From an uncultured Gemmatimonadales bacterium (GTDB taxonomy: Bacteria > Gemmatimonadota > Gemmatimonadetes > JACCXV01 > JAHWKZ01): a stretch of DNA of 64,000 nt. The notes beneath the pieces are model-generated. The model worked only from the letters and a program-made list of their open reading frames with translations. It was not told where the DNA came from and did no database searches. A program made the position numbers and the translations under genes. Below are positions 28,769 to 36,668 of the stretch, in pieces. Where the stretch lies: the NCBI GenBank assembly GCA_947259315.1, contig CAMYLR010000011.1, positions 72,177 through 136,176 of the forward strand. The letters are read 5' to 3'. Position 1 is the first letter of the stretch. Each line of letters begins with the position of its first letter.

Positions 28769-30045
28769 TCTCGGCAGTACCGCATATCGTCGCTTGGAAC
28801 CTCACCCGGCGCTGCAATCTCGCCTGCGCCCATTGTTACATCGCGGCTGGATCGTGGCACGCGGCTGGAGAGGAGCTGCCGACCAGTGACTGCCACCGGA
28901 TCGTGGACGAGATCCTGGCGGTCAACCCGTCGCCGATGTTGATCCTGTCCGGCGGTGAGCCGCTGCTGAGGGATGACTTGGAATCGATCGCCGCTCGCGC
29001 TTCAGCCGGCGGTGCAACGGTCGTAGTCGGTACCAACGGCACTCGATTGACAGACGCGCGAATCGCGTCGCTCATGGCGGCCGGGGTGCAGGGTGTCGCG
29101 GTGAGCGTCGACTCCCTCGACCCTGTGTATCACGATCGTTTTCGACACGGCGCGGGCGCGCTCTCCGACACGTTGGCCGCGGTAGAGCGATTGAGCGACA
29201 ACCGCTTGGATCTCGTTCTGCAGACCACCGTGACCCGCGGGAATCAAGCCGAAATAGGACGCCTCGCGTCATTGGCCGCTGATTCCGGGGCGGTCGCTTT
29301 CAACGTCTACTTCGTTGTAGCCACTGGAAGAGCCGGCACCATGAAGGGGATGTCGACCGCGGAAAATGATGATGTCTTGACAGAGCTCGCCGCGCTCGAG
29401 CGCGAGTACCGCGGTCGGATGCTCGTTCGGTCGAAGTGCCAACCCCAGATCATGCGTCACGTCTACGATTCGGATCCCGAATCACCGCTGTTGAACTACG
29501 CCACTCGTTGCCCGTGCGGAGTGCAGTACTGTCGGATCACGCCCGACGGGAAAGTGACGCCGTGTCCCTACATGGAGGTCGTTGCCGGCGACTTGAGTGC
29601 GCAATCGTTCGGTGAGATCTGGAGCGACTCGCCGGTGTTTGGGGATCTGCGCAGAGGAGAGCTGGGTGGGAAGTGTGGTCGTTGCGGGTATCGTGAGATC
29701 TGCGGTGGATGCCGCGCGCGGGCCTTCGCCGAGACGGGCGACTATCTGGGACCGGACGGGTCGTGCGGCTATGAGCCTGATGGTGTCGAGTCGCCGGTGA
29801 CGCGGACGCGTGAGATCACCTACGGCACGCCAGCCCGGGCCGAGCTCGAGTGGTCACCCGAGGCGGCGGAACGAGTCGCTCGGATCCCGAGCTTCGTCCG
29901 CGGTGTCGTGACTCATCGCGTCGAGACCTTTGCCGCTGACCACGGTCACGATCGCGTTACCGCCGCGCTGCTCGACGAGGTGCGATCCCAGATGCCGATC
30001 GACTTCTCGAAACGCCGACCCTTCTTCAGCCGGAAGCGCGAGTGA
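28765..30045 (+). CDS. Radical SAM / SPASM-domain enzyme (NirJ/AhbD-like) with a C-terminal PCP_red-like extension
   Basis: CX3CX2C at the N-terminus (WNLTRRCNLACAHCY), typical of NirJ/AhbC/AhbD-type enzymes. GGEPLL. Cys-rich SPASM region (CPCGVQYC...CPYM...CGRCGYREICGGCRARAF...GSC). C-terminal WSPEAAERVARIPSFVRGVVTHRVETFAADHG. ATGA overlap with the upstream gene. Confidence 0.8.
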   Translation: MISAVPHIVAWNLTRRCNLACAHCYIAAGSWHAAGEELPTSDCHRIVDEILAVNPSPMLILSGGEPLLRDDLESIAARASAGGATVVVGTNGTRLTDARIASLMAAGVQGVAVSVDSLDPVYHDRFRHGAGALSDTLAAVERLSDNRLDLVLQTTVTRGNQAEIGRLASLAADSGAVAFNVYFVVATGRAGTMKGMSTAENDDVLTELAALEREYRGRMLVRSKCQPQIMRHVYDSDPESPLLNYATRCPCGVQYCRITPDGKVTPCPYMEVVAGDLSAQSFGEIWSDSPVFGDLRRGELGGKCGRCGYREICGGCRARAFAETGDYLGPDGSCGYEPDGVESPVTRTREITYGTPARAELEWSPEAAERVARIPSFVRGVVTHRVETFAADHGHDRVTAALLDEVRSQMPIDFSKRRPFFSRKRE

Positions 30046-30046
30046 G

Positions 30047-31870
30047 ATGAGTAGTGTCGCGACGGTGTTTCGAATCGCCGCGGTGGGGAATCTGCCACGG
30101 CTACGTGGAACGCGTTCGTTGGTTCCTAGCTTTGGCGCGGTCGCGCTGGGGCTGCTTATGGCGCAATCGGGGTTCGCGCAGGAAGCCGGTATCGCGACCC
30201 GCGAGTACGGCGACTTCCCTTACATCGGCAGCCGAGTAGCGGTGTGGATAGCGGCGCAGGTCCACCTCATGTTCGCGGCGTTTGTTCTTGGCGTCCCGAT
30301 GTTCGCGATGGTCGCCGAGGCGATCGGCATCTTTGGTGGCGACAAGCGCTACGACCGACTGGCCAAGGAGTTTACCCGACTTCTGCTGATCGCTTACAGC
30401 GCGACCGCCATCTGGGGTGCGGTTCTGGTTTTCTTCCTGACCACGTTGTACCCCCGGTTCTGGGCTCACCTGTCGGAGATCTTCGAAGTCTCGATGTGGA
30501 TCTACGTCGGGCTCTTCTTCCTCGAGTCGTTCACTCTGTACCTCTACTACTACGGTTGGGATCGTTGGAAGGCAGGGACCGCGAAGTACGCGCACTGGGG
30601 GTTGGCGATCCTGCTCAACATCTGGGGCACGGCGGTCATGTTTATCGCCGACAGTTGGTTGAGCTACATGATGAGCCCGCCGGAAGTGATCACGGCCGAT
30701 CCATCGCCGGGGGTCGTTCAGTTGTGGAGCGCGATCAACAACGCCACGTGGATGCCGATCAACATCCATCGCATCATCGCCAACGTCGTGTTCGGGGGCT
30801 CGGTCGTCGGCGCTTACGCCGCGTACCGGTTCCTGGCCGCCAAGTCCGATGAAGAGCGCGCGCACTACGACTGGATGGGGTACGTCGGCAACTTCATCGC
30901 GATCGGGGCGCTCATCATCCTGCCGTTCGCCGGTTACTACCTGGGACGCGAGATCTACGAGTTCAACCAGCAGATGGGGATCACGATGATGGGTGGTTTC
31001 ATGAGCTGGTTGTGGATCATTCAGGCCTTCTTGATCGGCGTCTTGTTCTTGACCGGCAACTACTACTTGTGGGTCGGCATGACTCGCATCCCCGGTGCCG
31101 AGCGGTTTCTTCCGTACACCAAGTGGATGCTCGTAGTGTTGGTCATCGGCGTTATCGTGTGGGCCACGCCACACACGATGATCGCCAATCGTGCCGAGCT
31201 CGAGGCGATGGGCGGCTCTCACCATCCGTTCCTGGGTGTGTTGGGCGTCATGAGCGCCAAGAACACCGCGGTCAACCTGATGATTCTGACGACGTTCCTT
31301 TCGTTCCTGATGTACCGACGAGCCAACAAGCGCCCGGTGGTCGGGTGGGCCAAAACAGGGACAATCGTGCAGGCTTCGCTCTTCGCGTTATCCGCCGCGG
31401 TCGTGCTCTTCTACGGCGTCTATGGCTACTTCGTGACAGCGATCGTGCGGATCGGCTTCAGCGTCTACCAGGTGCTGGCGGTGCTGGGGACGATCATCGC
31501 CGTCATGGTGCTCGATGTGTTGATGCTGCGCGGCTCCGAATCGCGAGGCGCGATTCAGTGGGGCAACATGCCGGCGCGATCGCAATACGCACTGTTTGTC
31601 TTGGTGGTCACGTTTACCTGGCTCATGGGATTGATGGGCTTCGCGCGCAGCGGCATTCGCCAACACTGGCACGTTTGGGAGGTCATGCGCGACACCAGTC
31701 AGTGGGCGGCCACCCCAGCGTTGGGACCCGCGGCTCAGGTGATCAGCGTGTGCGTTCTGATCTTCCTCGTGCTGATCGCATTCATCTTCTGGCTTGGCGG
31801 GTTGGTGGAGAAACCGCAGCTAGTACCGGAACAACCGGCACCTGGAGCTTCCGGAACCGTGACGAGCTAA
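30047..31870 (+). CDS. Cytochrome bd family subunit-I (CydA)-like membrane protein, with no CydB partner
   Basis: ATG immediately after the rSAM stop. The CydA signature region is conserved (...AQVHLMFAAFVLGVPMF..., MWIYVGLFFLESFTLYLYYYGWDRW versus E. coli [24 protein letters not shown]). About 12-14 TM helices. No cydB-like gene follows. Confidence 0.75.
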   Translation: MSSVATVFRIAAVGNLPRLRGTRSLVPSFGAVALGLLMAQSGFAQEAGIATREYGDFPYIGSRVAVWIAAQVHLMFAAFVLGVPMFAMVAEAIGIFGGDKRYDRLAKEFTRLLLIAYSATAIWGAVLVFFLTTLYPRFWAHLSEIFEVSMWIYVGLFFLESFTLYLYYYGWDRWKAGTAKYAHWGLAILLNIWGTAVMFIADSWLSYMMSPPEVITADPSPGVVQLWSAINNATWMPINIHRIIANVVFGGSVVGAYAAYRFLAAKSDEERAHYDWMGYVGNFIAIGALIILPFAGYYLGREIYEFNQQMGITMMGGFMSWLWIIQAFLIGVLFLTGNYYLWVGMTRIPGAERFLPYTKWMLVVLVIGVIVWATPHTMIANRAELEAMGGSHHPFLGVLGVMSAKNTAVNLMILTTFLSFLMYRRANKRPVVGWAKTGTIVQASLFALSAAVVLFYGVYGYFVTAIVRIGFSVYQVLAVLGTIIAVMVLDVLMLRGSESRGAIQWGNMPARSQYALFVLVVTFTWLMGLMGFARSGIRQHWHVWEVMRDTSQWAATPALGPAAQVISVCVLIFLVLIAFIFWLGGLVEKPQLVPEQPAPGASGTVTS

Positions 31871-31874
31871 AACG

Positions 31875-32669
31875 ATGTGGGCGACGAACCTCAAGATTCT
31901 GGGCATCGTGCTCGGCACACTCGCCCTGTACACGTTGATCGCCAACGGCATCCCCCAGGTCGAGTCCGAGGTACCGCAGGAGTTGTCGTTCACAGGCGAA
32001 GTGAGCGCGGCCGAGTTGGTGGCGGCGGGTGAAGAGTTGTACGCCGGGGCTGGCGGCTGCACCGCCTGCCACGGGCTCGGCACGCGGGCGCCCAACTTGT
32101 TGAGCGACGCCGGCGGTCAAGGTGCGATCGGCGCGCGCTGCGGCCAGCGCGTAGAGGGTGAATCGTGCAAGGAGTATCTGTATCGATCGATGATCGAGCC
32201 CAATGTGTTTGTCGTTGAGGGGTTTCAGCCGATCATGCCGGACATGCGACGGACGCTGTCGGAGGTTCAGATCTGGGCCATGATCGCCTATCTGCAAAGC
32301 GTGGGGGGCGAGGTGACGGTCACCGGCGACGACATCGCGGCTGCGCAACCTGCCGGTGAAGACGAGGCGTCGGATTCAGGTGCGGGAGCGATGATCGTAG
32401 CGACCACTGATCCGCTCGAGTTGCTGCGTGAGATGCAGTGCCTGGCTTGTCACTTGCTAGGCGACGAGGGGGCTCAAGTGGGTCCGCCTCTCGATGACCT
32501 CGGAAGCCGCCTGACGACTGATCAGATTCGTGAGTCGATCCTCGACCCCAACGCGGAGTTGGCGGCGGGCTACGAACAGTTCGGCGGTATGATGCCGGCC
32601 AACTTCGGTCAAAGGCTGACCGCCGAGCAGCTCGAGGTGATCGTGTCGTATCTCGGATCCCAAAAGTGA
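31875..32669 (+). CDS. Membrane-anchored dihaem c-type cytochrome
   Basis: N-terminal TM anchor. Two CxxCH sites (CTACHGL, CLACHLL), each with a downstream Met-containing segment. Confidence 0.7.
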   Translation: MWATNLKILGIVLGTLALYTLIANGIPQVESEVPQELSFTGEVSAAELVAAGEELYAGAGGCTACHGLGTRAPNLLSDAGGQGAIGARCGQRVEGESCKEYLYRSMIEPNVFVVEGFQPIMPDMRRTLSEVQIWAMIAYLQSVGGEVTVTGDDIAAAQPAGEDEASDSGAGAMIVATTDPLELLREMQCLACHLLGDEGAQVGPPLDDLGSRLTTDQIRESILDPNAELAAGYEQFGGMMPANFGQRLTAEQLEVIVSYLGSQK

Positions 32670-32676
32670 GCGTGAC

Positions 32677-33480
32677 TTGAGCATCAATCGGTATCTGCGC
32701 CATCCGTTTTGGCAGGCGATTCTGGTCCTAGTGATCGCGTACGTGTTGATCGAGTACGGCATCCCGTATTTGCCTCCGCTAATCGGGATCAGCAGCGCGC
32801 CGGTACCACAGTCGGTCGTGTTGCAGTACATGCTGACCGTGTTGGCGGGAGTACTGATCTGGGTCAGCGACAATGAGGAGCGTTGGGCGCGGTTTCGCGA
32901 GCCGATCCGCGCGACGCTCGTCGATCGCGACAAGCGAGTGTTACGGATTGCGCTACTCGTCATCGTCCCGCTGCTGACCGGATGGCTCACTTTCCGCGCC
33001 GTGCGTCAGACCGTGGCCGCGCCCCCCAGCTTGCGGTCGATCCATCCGGCACCACCGTCGTCGATCACGTTTCGTGGCCAAACGATGCAACTCGCTGGGC
33101 TGGAGAACCCGCTGCGCGAAGGCGACTTGATGGCTGAGGCCTATCGTGTCGGGAAGCGCGTTTACTACCAGAACTGTCTGCCGTGTCATGGCGACGCGCT
33201 GAGCGGAGACGGGCACTACGCGCACGGATTCACGCCCGCACCGCTGGCGTTTACCGGTTCGAGCACGATCGCTCAGCTGACCGAGAGTTTTGTGTTCTGG
33301 CGGATCGCCAAGGGCGGCCCGGGACTTCCACGCGAGGGCACGCCGTGGAACTCGGCCATGCCGGCGTGGGAGGACATCCTGAGCGAGGACGAGATCTGGT
33401 CGGTGATCGTGTTTCTGTACGAGCAGGCAGGCGTCTCGCCCCGGACTTGGGAAGAAGCCGAGGGGTCTGGTGAGCACTAA
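32677..33480 (+). CDS. Membrane-anchored monohaem c-type cytochrome
   Basis: Three N-terminal TM helices, then CLPCHGDALSGDGHYA and ...AMPAWEDILSEDEIWSVIVFLYEQ, a class-I cytochrome c signature. Confidence 0.65.
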   Translation: MSINRYLRHPFWQAILVLVIAYVLIEYGIPYLPPLIGISSAPVPQSVVLQYMLTVLAGVLIWVSDNEERWARFREPIRATLVDRDKRVLRIALLVIVPLLTGWLTFRAVRQTVAAPPSLRSIHPAPPSSITFRGQTMQLAGLENPLREGDLMAEAYRVGKRVYYQNCLPCHGDALSGDGHYAHGFTPAPLAFTGSSTIAQLTESFVFWRIAKGGPGLPREGTPWNSAMPAWEDILSEDEIWSVIVFLYEQAGVSPRTWEEAEGSGEH

Positions 33481-35017
33481 GGGGTTTGCGATAGGGGTCG
33501 CGTTGAGCGCATTTGTCGCGGCCGCGCCGGCGGCCGCTCAGGAAACGCCTGTCGGAAAGGCGATATACGATAAATGGTGCGCCGAATGCCACGGCGAGGA
33601 CGGTGCAGGCGACGGCTCGGCAGCAGCCTACATGTTGCCGCAGCCGAGGGACTTCACCACCGGGCTGTACCAGATTCGCACCACGCCCAGCGGCGAGCTT
33701 CCCACCGATGATGACATCCTCAGAATGATCGACGAAGGCATGCCCGGGTCGGCGATGCCAGGCTGGAAAGAGTACCTGAGCGACACCGAGCGCAACGACC
33801 TGGTTCAGTACCTGAAGACCTTTTCACCGTTCTTCGAAGACGAAGCCCCGTCGCCGGTCGAGTACGGTGGACCGCCTGGAGTGAACGAGGAGGGCCTCGC
33901 CGAGGGGAAAGAGTTCTACGACAAGATCGAGTGCTGGAAGTGCCATGGACAGGCTGGCCGCGGAGACGGTCCGTCGGCGCCGACTCTCGAGGACGATTGG
34001 GAGCTTCCGATCCGAGCCACAGACTTGACCGAGGGTTGGAACTTCAACGGCGGCCACACGACGGAAGCGATCTTCGCCCGGCTGATGACGGGGCTCAACG
34101 GAGCGCCGATGCCGTCGTTCGCAGACCTGATCGACGCTGAGTTCATGACCGAGGAACAGCTGTGGCGCGTTGCGCAGTACGTGAAGAGCCTCTCTCCCGA
34201 GACGCCTGAGGTTCGAGAGGTCGTTCGGGCGGCTCTGGTCGAGACGCTTCCCACGAGTGTCGACGATCCGGCGTGGGATGCAATCGAGAGGTTTTACATC
34301 CCTCTCGTCGGGCAAATAATCGTCGAGCCGAGGTGGTTCGCGCCGACGGTCGACGGCGTGTGGGCGCAGGCCGCTCATGACGCCCAGCGCGTCGCGTTGC
34401 GCCTAACGTGGAACGATCCATCGGAGAGCCCGAATCCGGAATGGGAGGAGTGGCGGCAGCGCGTGGTCAGCGTCATGGAGCCAAGCGTCGAGGCCACTGA
34501 CGAGTTGCTATCCGATGCGCTTACGGTTCAGTTCCCAACCACGATCCCCGAGGGCATGAAGCGTCCCTATTTCTTGATGGGTGCTCAGGACGAGCCGGTG
34601 TACTTGTTGAGTTGGAACAGCGGTGGCGGCGCAACCGAAGCGCTCGGTCGCGGGATGAACGCGATCGAGCCGATCGGGGGTGCCTCGACGTTGACCACTG
34701 AGTCGACGTTCGATGATGGACAATGGCGGCTCTATTTGAGTCGCGATCTGATCACTGAGAGTGCAGATCGGCTGGCTATCGAGACTGGCCGTCCGATTCC
34801 CATGGCGATCTTCGCCTGGGACGGTTCGAACGGCGAGTCCGGTACGCAGGGCGCGATAAGCACGTGGTACTTCTTGTATCTCGATCAGCCGACGGAGAAC
34901 ATTACGTACGCGTTTCCGGTAGTGGCGGTGCTTTTGACAGCCGTGCTGGGCTTGGTCATCATTGCGCGCGCTCAGCGCGCAACCGGCGGCGGTGGCCCTG
35001 AACCCGGGTCTGATTAA
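33470..35017 (+). CDS. Dihaem c-type cytochrome (515 aa) with a C-terminal TM anchor
   Basis: Signal peptide. CAECHGEDGAGDG...MPGW and CWKCHGQAGRGDG...MP, resembling CcoP/c4-like tandem haem domains. The ~300-aa C-terminal domain is of unknown type, and a TM helix (FPVVAVLLTAVLGLVIIA) closes the protein. A GTG start overlaps the previous gene. Confidence 0.7.
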   Translation: MSTKGFAIGVALSAFVAAAPAAAQETPVGKAIYDKWCAECHGEDGAGDGSAAAYMLPQPRDFTTGLYQIRTTPSGELPTDDDILRMIDEGMPGSAMPGWKEYLSDTERNDLVQYLKTFSPFFEDEAPSPVEYGGPPGVNEEGLAEGKEFYDKIECWKCHGQAGRGDGPSAPTLEDDWELPIRATDLTEGWNFNGGHTTEAIFARLMTGLNGAPMPSFADLIDAEFMTEEQLWRVAQYVKSLSPETPEVREVVRAALVETLPTSVDDPAWDAIERFYIPLVGQIIVEPRWFAPTVDGVWAQAAHDAQRVALRLTWNDPSESPNPEWEEWRQRVVSVMEPSVEATDELLSDALTVQFPTTIPEGMKRPYFLMGAQDEPVYLLSWNSGGGATEALGRGMNAIEPIGGASTLTTESTFDDGQWRLYLSRDLITESADRLAIETGRPIPMAIFAWDGSNGESGTQGAISTWYFLYLDQPTENITYAFPVVAVLLTAVLGLVIIARAQRATGGGGPEPGSD

Positions 35018-35085
35018 CGTCTAGCCGACATTTAAGGGGTCGATAGCATCGTTGCATTGATCAACCACACATGAAGGAGAGGGAT

Positions 35086-35913
35086 ATGAACTTTTCACTG
35101 AGGCAGATCCTCGCCTTGGTCGTGGTGTCGGGGATCTCGATCGCCACCGCTTGTGGTGGTGGTGGCGAGCCAACCGATGACGGGGCCGACGGCGACGCTC
35201 CGGCAGCGGCCGGTCCGGTCGTAAGCCCGGACAGTGCGGCCATGATCACCGGGACGGTTTCGTTCGAAGGCACGGCGCCGGCGGCCGAGCCGATCGATAT
35301 GAGCGAGGAGCCGACTTGCGCCGAGAAGCACCCCGATGGCGCCATGCGCCAACTGGTCATGGTTGCGGGCGGTGGGTTGGCCAACGTCTATGTCTACGTG
35401 AAGTCGGGGTTGGGGGACCGGAGTTTCCCGACTCCGTCGGCGCCGGTGACGCTGGACCAGGACGGCTGCGAATACATGCCGCACGTCTTGGCGATACAGG
35501 TAGGGCAATCGCTGGAGATCAAGAACAGCGATGGGATCCTCCACAACATCAACACCCAGCCCACCGTGAACCGCGGTTTCAACATCAGCCAGCCGGTCGT
35601 GATGGAAACGTCGCGGGAGTTTTCGCAACCGGAAGTCATGATCCCGGTCAAGTGTGATGTCCACGGTTGGATGGAAGCGTTCATCGGTGTCCAGGCTCAC
35701 CCGTACGCGGGTGTCAGTGGCGCCGACGGATCGTTCTCGTTGGCGGATCTGCCTCCCGGTGAGTACGAAATCGAAGCCTGGCATGAGTTGTACGGGACGC
35801 AGTCCCAAACGGTCACCGTAGGGGTCAAAGAGACCGCCGAAGTGAGCTTCACGTTCAGCTCCGATATGGCCGGGAACCACGTGCCTCTAGGCGAACCGCT
35901 CGTTCTCAGATGA
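35086..35913 (+). CDS. Lipoprotein with an amicyanin-like type-1 copper (cupredoxin) domain and a C-terminal CarboxypepD_reg-like beta-sandwich
   Basis: ATG 35086 lies 6 nt after AAGGAG. Lipobox IATAC and a Gly/Asp-rich linker. Cupredoxin fold (VLAIQVGQSLEIKNSDGILHNI), with the His, then the C-X2-H-X2-M loop (KCDVHGWM), ~37 residues later, as in amicyanin. C-terminal GADGSFSLADLPPGEYEIEAWHE. The stop overlaps the coxB start (ATGA). Confidence 0.65.
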   Translation: MNFSLRQILALVVVSGISIATACGGGGEPTDDGADGDAPAAAGPVVSPDSAAMITGTVSFEGTAPAAEPIDMSEEPTCAEKHPDGAMRQLVMVAGGGLANVYVYVKSGLGDRSFPTPSAPVTLDQDGCEYMPHVLAIQVGQSLEIKNSDGILHNINTQPTVNRGFNISQPVVMETSREFSQPEVMIPVKCDVHGWMEAFIGVQAHPYAGVSGADGSFSLADLPPGEYEIEAWHELYGTQSQTVTVGVKETAEVSFTFSSDMAGNHVPLGEPLVLR

Positions 35914-36668
35914 ACTGGAGTTGGCTGATGCCCGAGCCGGCGTCGACGTTTGGCGCCGGCATCGACTCGATCTACTACATCATCCTGTGGATCACCGGGG
36001 CGATCTTCGTGCTCGTCGAGACCGCGTTGATCGTGTTCATCATACGGTATCGGCATCGCGAGGGTCGGGTCGCCGCTTACTCCCACGGCAACAAGAAAGC
36101 CGAAATCGTATGGACAGTGATCCCGTTCATTTTGGTGCTGTTTATCGTCTACGCCAGCAACGACATCTGGTTGGAGGTCAAACGAGCCGACCAAGGCGGT
36201 GCGGCTCCGGCGGACGCGCTACCGCTCAGGGTAGTCGCTAAGCAATTCGAATGGAACGTGACGTACCCGGGCCCGGACGGAGAGCTCGACACCGCTGACG
36301 ATTTCGTCAAGCGAAACCAGCTTCACGTCCCCATCGGAAGGGCGGTTCGGATCGATCTCGGATCCGAAGACGTAATTCACTCGTTCTTCCTGCCGGATTT
36401 TCGCGTCAAGCAGGACGCCGTGCCGGGGATGACGATCCCGGTCTGGTTCGAGGCCACACGAACCGGAGAGTTCCCGTTGGCGTGCGCTGAACTGTGTGGG
36501 TTGGGGCACTATCGTATGCGCGCCTCGCTGACGGTCCACGAAGCTGCCGATTTCGATCTTTGGCAGTCCCAAGAGATCGCCGCCAGCGGCTCGCCGACTG
36601 GTGCCAGTGAGATCGATACCGAAAGAGCAAATGAAGCCGAGATCAGCGAAGGGGAGGAGAGCGCATGA
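35910..36668 (+). CDS. coxB: Cytochrome c oxidase subunit II (CuA, no fused cytochrome c domain)
   Basis: Two TM helices. CuA site H...CAELCGLGHYRM. Length 252 aa with no CxxCH, so aa3-type. Confidence 0.85.
   Translation: MNWSWLMPEPASTFGAGIDSIYYIILWITGAIFVLVETALIVFIIRYRHREGRVAAYSHGNKKAEIVWTVIPFILVLFIVYASNDIWLEVKRADQGGAAPADALPLRVVAKQFEWNVTYPGPDGELDTADDFVKRNQLHVPIGRAVRIDLGSEDVIHSFFLPDFRVKQDAVPGMTIPVWFEATRTGEFPLACAELCGLGHYRMRASLTVHEAADFDLWQSQEIAASGSPTGASEIDTERANEAEISEGEESA

Noticed and set aside
35030-35085. TTGATCAA / TTGCAT motif upstream of the cupredoxin gene as an FNR/CRP box
   Set aside because: It lacks the N4 spacer of TTGAT-N4-ATCAA. It is a single 8-bp palindrome that is expected by chance.
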